Assembly: GCF_963506605.1 (NCBI RefSeq)
Contig: NC_083289.1
Coordinates: 38,006,001-38,070,000, forward strand
DNA: 64,000 bases
DNA from: Zootoca vivipara
Taxonomy: Eukaryota
Direction: 5' to 3'
Part shown: positions 63,755 to 64,000 of the stretch, piece after piece
How the letters are laid out: each line of letters starts with the position of its first letter
Position numbering within the stretch: the first letter of the stretch is position 1
Program-made: the position numbers and the translations under genes
The notes under the pieces: generated by a model
Told to the model about the DNA's origin: nothing
Seen by the model: only the letters and a program-made list of their open reading frames with translations
The model's database searches: none

Positions 63755-64000
63755 ATTTGTTAACAGATACATTTGTTAACAATCACTCTCTGTGCTTTTC
63801 TGCATTTCCTTTCCTTTGGGCATCACAGTTTACAATTCCCTCCCACCCCGCGTAATGTGTATATACACAGCTGTAACGTCTTCCATTGAAAGCAGCAGAG
63901 CAGAGCTAGACAGCATCCCAATTCCATTGCACTTCCCACTTTGCTCACTTTTCTGAATCTGCTCAGTGATCATGGGCACACATCTCTGTCACTCAGTCAG

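Overview
Vertebrate genomic DNA from a squamate reptile, probably a lacertid-type lizard (judged from the Sauria/Squam SINEs, BovB, L2 and CR1 repeats). It holds three intron-containing genes. (1) The 3' ~80% of MAPK8IP3/JIP3 on +: 27 exons traced from 2088 to the stop at 42918, all GT-AG and phase-consistent, 1087 aa, including 12-nt and 18-nt microexons, followed by a ~4.8-5 kb 3'UTR. (2) The complete 5-exon NME3 on - (54383 to 49379, 168 aa), tail-to-tail with MAPK8IP3. (3) The first 4 exons of ERCC4/XPF on + (from 55533), head-to-head with NME3 across ~1.15 kb of CpG-rich promoter. Introns are full of transposons: six 136-bp hAT MITEs with 8-bp TSDs, GC-rich hAT and Tc1/pogo non-autonomous elements, BovB, L2, CR1 and SINEs. 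There is no CRISPR or prokaryotic system. The most interesting signals are all unverified inferences from sequence: a hidden layer of candidate JIP3 splicing (3-nt microexon, 51-nt cassette, alternative acceptors, poison exons, internal CCAAT promoter); an NME3-ERCC4 divergent pairing that differs from the mammalian gene order; an in-frame upstream NME3 extension with an NLS-like motif; MITE-borne ZNF143/THAP11-type motifs; and a fold-back palindrome in ERCC4 intron 4. Reference protein comparisons are from memory, not database searches.
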